Source of the DNA: Camelus ferus
Taxonomy: Eukaryota
Assembly (NCBI RefSeq): GCF_009834535.1
Contig: NC_045697.1
Location: 111,044,001 to 111,108,000, forward strand
Direction of reading: 5' to 3'
DNA: 64,000 nt
Shown piece by piece: positions 1-11,920 of this stretch; within the stretch, counting starts at the first letter, position 1; each line of letters opens with the position of its first letter. Under the pieces are notes generated by a model, which worked only from the letters and a program-made list of their open reading frames with translations, searched no databases and was not told the DNA's origin. The translations under genes were made by a program, and so were the position numbers.

Positions 1-461
1 TGAGGGAGAATGAAAGAGGAAAAGGCAAGCACCTTTCTGCCTCTTTTGATAGTCTCTAAACCTTGTTTATCTTACTCTGCCTTATTTTAGCCTTTACTTA
101 ATCTGTTATATGAATATAGAAAATATTCTCTTTTACATCTTACCTTGCATAATAATCCCCTATTTTTCTTAAATTTCACATATATTGTATAATTTTCCAT
201 ATTTTAGTATTTCTATTTTTAATAACAGTGAACATATTAGTGCATTGTTTCCATCAGGGTATTTGGTATGAATAATACACATTTTAAAAGGACTTTAACT
301 TAACACTTATATAAAGTTTTTCAATGTTTCAGAACTACAGTCCCTGTGGGAATTATAAAATTTATTCTCACTTAAAAAAACTGGAGCACTCCATACCTCG
401 TCAGTGCTGTAGCATTTAAATATGTTCCCAGGAACATGAGTTCAATCCAAAATCCTTCCTC

Positions 462-800
462 AGTCATAGCCACAGCAATTGGACAAGAAAAATAAATAAA
501 AGGTATCCAAATTGGAAGGGAAGAGGTAGAATTGTCATTATATGCAGATAACAGGATAACTATATATAGAATACCCTAAAGACTCCACACAAAAACTATT
601 AGAACCGATAAATGAATTCAGCAAGGTAGCAGGATACAAATTTAACCTACAAAAATCTGTTGCATTTCTTTATACTAACAATGAAGTATCAGAAAGGGAA
701 AGTTAAAAACAACCCCTTTTAAAATTGCATCAAAAAATAAAATACTCGTGAATAAATCAGACCAAGGAAGTGAAAGACTTACATGCTGAAACTATCAATA
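462..800 (+). mobile_element. L1 ORF2 fragment (reverse transcriptase region), decayed
   Basis: Matches the L1 ORF2 RT region. TATGCAGATAAC at 541-552 reads YADN (decayed Y/FADD). It is homologous to 45660-46000 in this window. Confidence 0.9.
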
Positions 801-1330
801 TTCCAGTTTTATTGAGCTATAATTGACATATAGCACTGTGTAAGTTTAATGTGTACAGCATAATGATTTAATGTACATATCAAGAAATGATTACTATAAT
901 AAGTTTAGTGAACACTCATCTCATATAGATAGAAAATTAAAGAAATAGAAAAAAATATTTTTCCCTTGGGATGAGAACTCAGGATTTTTCTCTTAACAGC
1001 TTTTACATGTAACATACAGCAATGTTAATTATATTAACCAGGTTGTACATTACATACCTAGTACATATTTATCTTACACCTACAAGTTTGTACCTTTTGA
1101 TTACCTTCATCCAATTCACCCTCCCCTCAAACTCTGTCTCTGGTAACTACAAGTCTGATCTCTTTTTCTATGAGTTTTTAATTTGTTATTGTAGTATATT
1201 TGATCTACAACACCATGTTAGTACCTGTTACACAGCATAGTGATTCAATATTTCTGTACATTTCAAAATGATCACTGTAATAAACCTAGTTAACATCTGT
1301 CATCAAAGATACTGCATAATTATTGACTAC
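801..1330 (-). mobile_element. L1 3' UTR fragment(s), laurasiatherian L1MA9-like; second 3'-end-like segment from about 1180
   Basis: Starts with TTTTTATTGAG (antisense polyA signal) and is similar to copies at 24565-24965 and 50636-51042. Confidence 0.85.
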
Positions 1331-3079
1331 AAACACATTTTCTTATTTAGTCAATCGAGCATAAAATTAATTGATTGTATTTGGCCATATTGTAACTTGT
1401 TTGGTATGATTATCTTTTATCTCTCTTTTTCTCTTTTAGGTAGGGAGTTTAGTCTAAATAGTCGTAGATCTATTCTTATGGATCTAGCTTCCGAAGATCC
1501 ATATAAGTTGGCTTTTAAACTAAAGAAAATTATAAGACAAGATAGACATTTACATGATTTTTTGTCTTCGTCCTATTTGGCAATACTGAACTAGGATCAA
1601 ATTTTGTAATTAGTAATTTTGAAAATGTAATTTCAATTAATCAACCAATATAATTCAACTATAAACAAATGTATGGAATGAGACGACAGGTAGTTAGAAA
1701 ATCTGTTTTAATTTTTAAAACATCAGCTGTTAGAATCATTTAAAGATACTTGGTTGGCTTGGATCATCAGAATCCTAGCAACTGAAATGATCACAGATCA
1801 TGTCCACCTCCCTCATTTCTAAAATAATTGAAACTGTGATTCCCTTGGAGATTCGCATGAGTGCCAGGTAGCCAGGAAGACTCTAAGTTGCAGTCATTTT
1901 GTTTGGGTTTAGTCTGAATTTTCTCTTTCAGTTTCTGATTCAGAATTTGAGTCAGATGACTGAATTCTCACAAATTCTTTGAAAAGTATGTGAGTGTTAG
2001 TACTTTAGAAAATACTTGAGATACTACAGAATGAGCATTGCTTAGCTGTGTCTCCACATACAAAAGGCAATGGATGAAGGCATTTTCTTCTACGTAGTGG
2101 ATGGAGGGGAACTGACCAGAAGCATCCACATCACTCTCCTGGGGTTCTCTTGGCTGTCATCTGACACCATCAACAGGCACGGTCACTCAGATACTCACTA
2201 ATTACTCAGAGAAAAATTAGTACTGGGTTAAATATTATCCACAGATTATATGGTAGAATTTATTTTTGGTGATGTTGATATTGTGTTTTTTGCTCTCTGA
2301 AGAACCTGACTCAAAAAATAAACCAATGCAGGGAAATAAATTCAATTTTATTTTATTTCCAACTCAGTTCAACCAGTATTCTGTTATATACTCTAGAGAA
2401 CAAAATGGAAAAGACATGATTTCTTACCTGAAGCAAAACATGTTTTTTATAATGTGAAAACAGTCACCCGGAAGCTGATTCTTTGGCTGCCATGGAAATT
2501 CAAAATTGGTGCATAACCATAAAATGATGCCTAAAGAAATAAGTCTAAATCTTTTGACATTGTACATTATTTTGTATTTCTGCTTTGTCACCCTTTCATG
2601 AACACAATGCTGGATACAATAGACTCTGTATAATGACTTCTTTAGTAATTCATAAATTGCATGCTAGATAGATTCTTCTTAGGTAATATTACCATCTACT
2701 TTGTTGGTTAGCTGAATTGAAATGTACACTTACCTTGGCAGTGCCAGTAAGCTGGAGAAAGACTGTGCTGCTTTCAAAATGTTAAACATTATCTACCCAT
2801 CAGCAGTAACTGTTTTTCTGTATCAATACCCAGTTTGCTGTAAGATACATCATACGTTCAGACCTTTTTGATTACTTAGGTCATACATTTTATCACTGAA
2901 ATTTATGGTTTTTCCCTGCTAACTTTTATGAATGTTTCTGAATACTGCATGCCCTAAGCTTTGGAGGCTTAGCAGCATGCAACCTAAACAGGTTTAGAGT
3001 CTCTAGAGTCTCTAGTCTCCATTCAGCTGACTTTTCAGTTCTTTCAAATTTTTCCGAGTGGTACATCTGGTACAGGGAT

Positions 3080-3530
3080 TAGAGCAACTTTTCCATTAGT
3101 GGAAGCTCCTTTGTAGAAAGATGATTATTTTTTCTTCTGAGATTCTTGATTCTTTCATGGATATTCAGGTTTTTACTATATCTTCAGTCAAACTTGATAA
3201 TTTCATTTTTCTTAGAAAATTATGAACTCCATTTCATTAGTTTGATTAAGATTTTAAAATTTACAAACGTTTACATAAACACAATGTTTTATTATAATCT
3301 TTAGCTTTTTAATTGTACAATGCATGCTCTTTTTGGTTTCAATTTTACACATTTCCAATTTAACTTTTACTTACTTATTAGACTAGTCAAAAATTTTGTT
3401 TTTGGTTGATTTATCTTTTTCTTAATTGATTCCTTTTACATTTTATATTCATTTTATTGAATTTTTTTTTAAACAGTTAAAAATCCTCAACACATGTAAT
3501 TCTATTTTTTAAACAGAAGATTTATTATAC
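3080..3530 (-). mobile_element. Ancient L1 (L1M/L1ME-type) ORF2 fragment; probably continues at about 4820-5310
   Basis: T-rich degenerate antisense L1 ORF2-like sequence; weak similarity only. Confidence 0.5.
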
Positions 3531-3954
3531 TGTGTATATCACTTGGAGTTTAGTTGCAGGAGGAAAAACGTCCTGTCAGTTTTAAGCAAAAACAAAACAA
3601 ATTTAATGGAATTGAACACTTAGAGAGATGTTAGGAGGCCTGAAGAAGCAAGCTTGATTCTGATGCAGCTGGAATGACCCCGGAAGAAGACCACAGAACT
3701 GGCCTATTAGGGAGATACCATGGTTGATACAATCAGAAAGGGAAGAATTGTGATGGCATTGCTGGAAATATTGACTTTAAGAACACACCCCTTAGCTTTG
3801 ATCCAGAAATCAGGAAGTCACTGGCACCACCACACCTATTTCTGATGCAACACTGAAACACTGCTGCAAAAAACCCAATTTCTCTACCACAATGTCTACC
3901 AGGAGAAACTGCGTCTTCAACAGGAAATTGCTTCTCCCTGTTTCCATCTTTTTA

Positions 3955-4273
3955 AAAAAAATTATTTGTTTATTGCAATATAGTCAATTTACAATGTTGC
4001 ATCAATTTCTGGTGTACAGCATAATGTTTCAGTCATACATGTACAAACATATATTACTTTTCATATTCTTTTTCATTATAGGTTACTATAAGATAGTGAA
4101 TATAGTTCCCTGTGCTGTACAGTATAAACTTGTTGTTTATCTATTTTATATATAGTGGTTAGTATCTGCAAGTCTAGAACTCCCAATTTATCCCTTCCCT
4201 CTCCTTTCCCCCTTTGGCAACCGTAAGTTTGTTTTCTGTGTCTGTGAGTCTGTTTCTGTTTCATAAAGAAGTT
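3955..4273 (-). mobile_element. 5'-truncated lineage-specific L1 3' end with target-site duplication
   Basis: Antisense L1 3' UTR similar to 19834-20220 and 47400-47745. Flanked by TSD CATCTTTTTA at 3945-3954 and 4274-4283. Confidence 0.9.
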
Positions 4274-4286
4274 CATCTTTTTAGAG

Positions 4287-4604
4287 CCCTGCTGTCCACC
4301 ATTGTCGCCATTAACCACATGTGGCCACTGAACACTTGAAATGTGATTAGTACAGATGGAGATGTACTGTGAGTTTAAATTACACACTAGACATCAAAGA
4401 CTAAATGGGAAAAAAGGAATGTACAACATCCCAATTTTTAAATATTGATTATATGTTGAAATGACAATATTTTGAATATATTGGGTAAAGTAAAATGCAT
4501 TATAAAATAATTCCATCTGTTGACTTTTTGTAATGTGCCTATTAGAAGATTTTAAATTGCATATGTGGCTAATATTAAATTTCTACTGTTGTTTTCTAGT
4601 GCTG
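4287..4604 (-). mobile_element. MER33 (hAT-Charlie non-autonomous DNA transposon)
   Basis: Termini CTGCTGTCCA... and ...TAGTGCTG, internal CCACATGTGGCCACTGAACACTTGAAATGTG. Degenerate 8-bp TSD TTTTAGAG / TTCTAGAA. Confidence 0.85.
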
Positions 4605-5449
4605 TTCTAGAACACAAGAGTGCATCTCTTAGAATAACCAATTTCACATCCAAAAATTTAGTTGTAAGGAAGTCATGTAAAAGTCAGGTTTAGCTTTCTA
4701 GCTCCTGTCATTCAGAAAGCCCCCCAGCTGAAAGCTGAAATGGATATTAAGCAAGCTAAGTCACTGTATCTTCCACATGAAGTATTATTTAGTGAAGAGC
4801 TTAGGCAATATGTCATAAAATTTAAAATTTACTATTCTCATTGCAATGATTTTTGATAGTATGTAGTTTTATCCTGATTTTATTAAGTTTTATTCAAAAT
4901 TAATTAGAAATTTAATTAAAAAACATTTTTTTTTAAATATCAGAGTACCTGAATTTTTCTTTTCTTTTCTTTTGCCAATATATTATTAATTTGTATTTCC
5001 TTTTATTTTTTACAATGTGATCAAAAGAGGTGAACTTGTGTATTTTTTTGCTGTTTGGACTGTATTAGGATTTTTTTCTGTGTGGCCAAAATATAACCAG
5101 TTTGCAAAGGCCCCATAGGCATGAGAAAGGAACAGGTTTTCTCTTGTGTAACATAAGAAACTAATTTGTATGTGTTAATAGTCTATTTGTATTAGTCAAA
5201 CTGTCATTCCCTTGCTTTTTGGGTTTTTGTTATTGTTACATTTTGTTTTGTTTTAAGTCTGGCAGTTCTGTCAAATATAGGGATGTTTAGAAGTCTCCAA
5301 TTTTGCTAAATATAATTTAGAATTAGGAGATGAAGTAAAACATTTCACAAATGTGCAAAATATAGGCAACTATGGGATACGTGTAATCTAAAATGTAAAA
5401 ATAAGAACCATGAAAGGTTCAGTGTGAGGCAACTTTTTGTTTGTGGGGG

Positions 5450-5800
5450 TTGAAAAAAGACACCATGGAGGACAAGACATTGTATGTGATTCTTAAAATA
5501 TGAGTAGGATTTGGTGTTATAAAAGAGAGGGATAGGTTGAAGCCCATGGGAACAAATAATCCAAGGCTGGTCTTCTGACACCACAGTGAACGTTTGCTAA
5601 AGCTAATGATACAGATTGCTTGGAATGTGAGTTACATATTAGGAAGAAAAGGAAAGGAGCCTTAAAAGAAAGGTGGTTCAGGCTGCAGGGCTGTTAATGT
5701 TATAGGCAATGAGGAGCCATTCAAGATTTCGAAAAAGAGGGAAACATCAGAGAGTTGATGGTTTTGGAAGATTAATCTGGTGTAGAGTACATGGAGGGGT
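5450..5800 (-). mobile_element. L2 fragment
   Basis: AGGCAATGAGGAGCCATTCAAGATTT...TTTTGGAAGATTAATCTGG resembles antisense L2. Confidence 0.55.
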
Positions 5801-6309
5801 ATATTGCCACGGCGCATGTCAGTCATGACAGTGAAGATGTCAGTCCGCTGAATGGAGTATTAAATACTCCATTAAGTAAATATATTGCTATGAAGGAGTA
5901 ATTCATAGAATTTGATAAGATTCTTTTTTTTTTTTTTCCCAATGGAAAGGAACAGCAAAGGAAAAAGCAGAGTCAACCCGTACCCAAAGAGTTCTAGCCA
6001 GAATGACCAGCGATGCTAGGAACAGAAAATGAAAAGGCTGAGAATATGTCATCTCCCCAGTTTATATCTCTGTGCTCAAGTTTCACATATTCAGTTCCCA
6101 ATCTCTGTTTGGATACTTGTTCAGCTAAAAGTTAGCACATTCAAGTTAAATTCTTAACCCAGACAGCTCTTCTCCACTCTAACTCTACCTGACATTGTAG
6201 CCATGTTTCTCATCTCAATGAATTTTCTTTCTTACATATTAAAATTTATTTGAAAATATTTGCTTAATAGCTACATAATATTCTACCTTATGGAAGCAGC
6301 AAAACTACC

Positions 6310-7760
6310 TTTGCCATTTCTCAATTGTTGGACATTTAGACATTCCCAGTTTTGTGTTGCTTCAATGAACGTTCTTACTTGTATTTATATCTTAAGTTAC
6401 TTTTGTTATTTCCTTAGAATGCATTTCTTAGCATAATGCCATAAGAATAAAAACATATAGTGAAATTAATGTCAAAATTATGATCATTAATCTTATATAT
6501 TATCTTCTCAGAAGGTTTTATTATGTTAATATTCTATTAACAACATATGAGAGTGTTCTCCCTATATACATAACATACCTACCCAATAGTGAATATAATC
6601 TGCTTTTAATCTTTGACAATTTTAAGATGCAAAGAAGTATTATCACATTAACTAAAATTTATTTGATTGAATACTAGTGATGTTGAACAATTTTTTAAAT
6701 ATTTATTAAACATTTGTATTGGTTTTTCTGAGAATGACCTTTTCTAATCCTTGCCCAGTTTTCAATTGGACACTTTGGACTTTCCTTATGGATTTTTTTG
6801 TTTTGTTTTTCACAATCACTGTAAATATTTTCCCCAGTTTTGTTATTTTTTTTTAATTCATGTGACACATTTATGACTCACAGAAATTTCTACTTTTTTA
6901 TGGTCTTAATTCAATCACTCTTTACCTTTTGATTTCGTTTTAGTTTATGATGTCTTCATTTATACCTAAAGATCAGATGATGTATGCAATTTACTTTCTG
7001 CATATTTTGTCTGTATTATTCCTACTGTAATAAGCTGGGATATCAGTTTTCCTAACACCGTTTTAATGACCAATTCTTCCTTTCACAATAGTTTGTGATA
7101 CCAGAGTCTACTTACAAACTATAGATTCTGTTCTCTTGAAGTGTCTGCTTATATAGTTCTGGATCTATATTGTTCTAATTATTTTAACTTCATATTATAT
7201 ATGCTTAATATGGCATAGCGCTTATATTATGGTATATACTTTTCTTTAGGCACCTAATTATTTGCTGACACTGCTGTGAGTCTCCTTGCTCAAAACAGGT
7301 CTTACCCATGAACATCTGTGATGGTTAATTTTATTGACCAGGCCACAGGGTGTCCAGATATTTGGTTAAACATTATTCTGGCCATTTCTGAACAACATTA
7401 ACATTTAAATCAATAGGCTGAGTAAAGCAGATTGCCCTCGCCTATGTGGGTGGGCCTCTGAGATCTGTGTACACGTCTCCTATCAGTTCTGTTTTCCTGG
7501 AAAACCCTGACTTAATACAATTTCTTATAAGTTTAAGCAAATAAAACTCCAATGAAGATTTTTTGGAATTATATGAACTCTACAAATTAATTAGGAGATA
7601 CCTGACATCTCTAAACTAATCTATGTTTTCATTCAGGAAAATCATTCTTACATTCATTTAAGTCAGCTTTATTGTCTCTCAGTAAATTTTCTATTTTTTC
7701 CTTCATAAAGTTACTGAACTTTAATTTGAAGTTATTCTTAGATATTTTTATTGCAAATAA
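6310..7760 (-). mobile_element. Ancient L1 (L1ME-type) 3' ORF2/3' UTR remnant, interrupted by an MLT2 LTR
   Basis: Degenerate motifs such as TTGTTGGACATTTAG, TAGTGATGTTGAACA and TCCTTGCCCAGTTTTCAATTGG, typical of old antisense L1. Confidence 0.7.
7317..7519 (+). mobile_element. MLT2 (ERVL) solo LTR, internally deleted
   Basis: Starts TGTGATGGTTAATTTTAT, contains CCAGATATTTGGTTAAACATTATTCTGG and GAGTAAAGCAGATTGCCCTC, ends CCCTGACTTAATACA. Confidence 0.9.
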
Positions 7761-8257
7761 GTGGGTTATTTTCTATCAGAGTAGCTAGCGTTAAATTGGA
7801 GTTAGTGGACTCTGATTATCCGTCACTGTAGGAGCCTGATTTCTCCCACGGCAACCAAGCACTCAAATGCTTGTTTAATAAAGAGTTTGGTTTTTGCCTT
7901 CCTTTGGGTAATGTTCATTAAAGAGAGTAGTGGGTTTTGTTTACCTGAAAAAAAACATTTATTGGACCAAGTTCATATATGCTTTAATTTTTTTTCATTC
8001 AACAAACATTTATTATTATGCGGACCTGGCTCCTCACCAGACCCAGGGGATACAAGAGGGGACAGACGGGGGCACGGCCGATACAATTCACACATACATG
8101 CTTTAATTTGAAAGAAATAGTTCTTCTACAACATGGAGGTGAAGGGCCAAGGGAGAAAACAATAGATACTGGCCTCCACGTAATAGATTTGGGAACAGTC
8201 TATCTTAACTCTCCCGGAAAGAGGAAAATAGCTCTCCTTTTCCTCATTAGAAATACT

Positions 8258-8566
8258 ACACATGAGATCACTCATATGTGGAATCTAAAAAAAGAAGAGA
8301 AAGAAAGAAAAGAAAAAGACAAATGAACATAGAACATAAATACAAAACAGAAACAGACTCACAGACATAGAATACAAACTTGTGGTTGCCAGGAAGGAGG
8401 TGGGTGGGAAGGGACAGACGGGAGTTTGAAATTTGTAGATACTGACAGGCATATGCAGAATAGATAAACAAGATTATACTGTGTAGCACAGGGAAATATG
8501 TACAAGATCTTGTGGTAGCTCACCGTGAAAAAGTATGTGGCAATCAATATATGTATATTCATGTAT
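8258..8566 (+). mobile_element. L1 3' UTR fragment (lineage-specific)
   Basis: ATCACTCATATGTGGAATCT...AAACAGACTCACAGACATAG...GTAGCACAGGGAA, the sense version of the 3955-4273 type. Confidence 0.9.
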
Positions 8567-9049
8567 TAGAGAATTTAGTAATGCTTAGTATACTCAAGGC
8601 TCTGGAAATTCAATAAGATCCTGAAGTGTGGGATCTGGTTTAACAAATGCTTGTATATCTGAACTTGCACCCATAAGCAGTCTTGCTATGCACAGCCTTT
8701 GTCATCAGAGACTTATTTAGTGTCTACACAGCTTTCATTCTCTACTGCACTGTGGATAGCAGAAGCATATTAGAATTACTAAGAAGGGTGTAACCCTTAC
8801 CAGAGACCCAAATCACTTGAATAATTTCAAGTTTGTCTTCAGAAAACCAAGATTACATGTGTTTCTAATCGTAAATGACAGTAATATCGTAAATTGTAAG
8901 GGACTATTATAATTGTAAAATGTTACAAAGAAAAACCAGGATCTTAGATAGCCTACAGCCAGGTGGAACAATTGAGTGTGGAAATCATTTCAAGCCAGAC
9001 AAAGAGACATAACAAAGCTTTCTGTTCACTCGGTTGCTTTCTTTCTTTC

Positions 9050-9622
9050 TTGCAATTTTATTTTTTTATTCTTTTTTCAATTAAAGTATAGTTGATTTAC
9101 AGTGTTTCAGGTGTACAGCAAAGTAATATCTTATAATAACCTATTTGTTTATTTTTATTGAAGTATAGTTGACAGCCATATTATATCAGTTGTAGGTGTA
9201 CAACATAGTGATTCAATATTTTTGTAGATTATACTCCATACAAAGTTATAAAATATTGCCTATATTCCCTGTGCTGTACAATATATCCTTAACTTATTTT
9301 ATATCTAGTAGTTTGTACTTCTTAATCCCCTTCACCTATTTCACACCTCTCCAAACCCCTCCCCACTCTAGTAGCCACTCATGTGTTCTCTGTATCTGAG
9401 TCTGTTTCTGTTTTGTTAAATTTGTTTGTTTTATTTTTGTTTTGTTTTTTTGTTTTACTTGGGAGGGAGGTAATTGGGTTTGTTTGTTTGTTTGTTTGTT
9501 TATTCTTTCATTCATTCAGTGGAGGTGCTGGGGATTGAACCCAGGACCTTTTGCATGCTAAGCACACACTCTACCATGGAGCTCTACCTGCCCCCGTGTT
9601 TGTTTTATTTTTTTAGATTCCA
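9050..9622 (-). mobile_element. Two stacked L1 3' ends (about 9050-9135 and 9150-9622); the second is interrupted by a SINE
   Basis: Two T-rich starts, each followed by AAGTATAGTTGA. The sequence resumes as TTTTTAGATTCCA after the SINE. Confidence 0.85.
9439..9596 (-). mobile_element. tRNA-Ala-derived SINE (camelid vic-1 type)
   Basis: Antisense B box GGGGATTGAACCCAGGACC, GCATGCTAAGCA and T-rich tail. TSD TGTTTGTTTTATTTTT at 9423-9438 and 9597-9612. Confidence 0.9.
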
Positions 9623-10269
9623 AAAGTCAGTTGCTTTAAATGATACTCCAGTAACTAGCAACTTTAGTAGCTTCCTTCTTTTACATGTGGTGGTGTGATA
9701 ATATGTTAGTAAATATTATGCATTTTTTCTCCAGTAAATGATACCAAAATAATTTTATAATCATTTTGCAGCTCCTTTCTAAGCAGACGTTCTTCAGAAC
9801 ATCTGAAATAGGATGGTTCAGGTGTGAAAAAAATCAAAAGCAGTTTCTCTTTAAGTTCCACACAACATATGGAATCTCACTTTGGCTGGCAGAGATACTA
9901 TTGGGGGAAAAAAATCAGAACTCTCCTCCATATCTCTCCAGAAAGTGAATCCTTCTGAACCAACTTTGATTATTTTCTCATGTAAAAGTGAAATAAAAAT
10001 GTAGCTAAAACACACTACCTAGAGAATGCCACTATGTGCAGCTTATCGCCAACATGAGGACATTTAGAGGGACTCTATTAAAAAGGTATATACTTCTTAG
10101 AGGTTAAAAATCCAAACCAAAAGTTTCCCTACCATTATTTATTTAAATACAGTTAATTTTTTTATGCATTTCAGTGAAAGCCATTCTCACACATAAGCAC
10201 TTACAAGGTCAAGAGGAAGATTAATTGTCAAAAAGGTTTGGTGGTTTGAATCACTGGGACAGCAGTATA

Positions 10270-10440
10270 AAATGTCACAGCTGGAAAAGACCTATCGTGC
10301 AATCTAATTCCGTTCTTTCATTTTTATAGGTGAGAAAACTGAGGTTCAGAGAGGTTTCAGCACTCACTCACGGTCGCTCAGGACCAGTGCCACCAAGTCA
10401 GGGCTCTTTGTTGTGATTTCAGTGTTCTTTCTTTGATCCA
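10270..10440 (-). mobile_element. MIR SINE
   Basis: Core GAGAAAACTGAGGTTCAGAGAGGTT. Confidence 0.75.
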
Positions 10441-11520
10441 TGAAACCTATAGGCTGATTTTGCACTTGGAACGTCTAAACAGCCAGACTGTGCCACTGCA
10501 TATAACTTGTTCAGCTTTTTAAACTAATTTAGTCAATTAAAGCTCAAAGTAAATATATGTATTTATTAATTGTCCTCGATCAAAAAAGCTGGCTGTGGAA
10601 AACTTTACATTTTAGTCAAATGCCACAATTTCACATAAAAGCAGCCTTAAAAAAGAAGATGGCCAACTGAGGGAAATGACTAAATTTAGCCTAATTTTTT
10701 GTACTTACGTGGATTGTAATACTATTTTCAACACAAATTTCTTTTTACCTAAAGAATGTCTCAGTATTACTAGTTGCGACCACTCCAGCCTTTAGACTAG
10801 ATGTTAGTTATAAACATCTTTCCACAAAACAGAAACATAATGGAATTCCTATTTGAGGAGCCATTCACATATTTTTATCAGAATTTCCACGCTACTCTAC
10901 AGGTACTTAAAACAAAAACTACATTCTAGGAATATTCCATGGATACACCTACATTTACAACAATGTTTTGTATCGTATTTGCAATTCATGCATGAGACTT
11001 CAGTTCTGATATTTCCTAGACCGTGTCACCATTGTCTGTTGTGTATGACTTTTAAAGCGTTGTGACTAAAATTTGGATGAAACTCTATGACTTCTTTCTC
11101 CTGACAACAAATCTCAGTATTGACCAAAGTTCTCAAGTTGAACTGGTTTATTTTTAGATTGTGCCACAAATAATTAGAAGCTCTTGAGGTTCCAAAAGGC
11201 TCACACTAGTGCATATTCTACGGTGATAAAATCTCTTCATCACAAATACATTCTTGGGGTGACCGAGCACCCTCACATCCTCATTTCCTTGTTTCTCCCT
11301 TGTTAGTGCCGGTTTATTCCTGTGGCACCAGCAGTGTAATAATATCTCGCCACTCTCGAAAGTGTCTCAGTTTAGGTGATCAATTTTATGCTTACTATGG
11401 TGATGATGCAAGAAAAAAATACAGTACTTACAGTCCTTCTAATATACCCAAAAGATAAAATATGGGGGACACTGCTTAGAGTTGTCTATGTGCCCCTGAT
11501 GTTGTTGCTATAATTAAAAC

Positions 11521-11920
11521 TAAACCCCTCGTGGCCTCGGACCAACTGCTCCGTGTTGTTCACGGTCACGTGAGGCCGTTTTGAGGGTCAGCGTGTTATT
11601 TGCTCCACAAGGGCTTCAGTTTAGCCTTAGGAATGATCACACTGGATTGCAAGGTCAGTGTTGCTAATGATCTTTGTCTCTTCTCTGCCAGAAGCTCTGA
11701 CTCTTTTTAAAAATCTGTACGCGGTGGTTTCTGACCTTCCTGCATCACGCGGCACACAGAGCTGCCCTGCTTCGTCCTTTTTCCTCGTCGTGAAAGAGCA
11801 TCCGAGGGGGTTCGAAGTTGAAAGAGCTTTCAGACGTCGGCCGGAGTCTTCAGACAGTTCAGCTGGCAGGAGGAGTAGAAAACCTGCCTTGCTTACGTTA
11901 GCTTCAGTGTCGGGAATATG
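11521..11920. promoter_or_regulatory. CpG-rich patch (small CpG-island-like element), candidate promoter or enhancer
   Basis: About 21 CpGs counted by eye in 400 bp at roughly 50% GC against a CpG-depleted background. E-box GTCACGTG at about 11565-11572. Confidence 0.5.

Larger units (their letters stand above)
3533..4777 (-). mobile_element. Old MaLR LTR (MLT1 family), split by L1 and MER33 insertions; LTR parts about 3533-3944 and 4613-4777
   Basis: TGT...GTTGCAGG...TTTAAGCAAAA start and ...TTCCACA end resemble antisense MLT1 LTR termini. Subfamily uncertain. Confidence 0.55.

Noticed and set aside
462..1330. Twin-primed (5'-inverted) L1
   Set aside because: The sense ORF2 piece abuts the polyA end of the antisense piece, which is the wrong geometry for twin priming. 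More likely two insertions.
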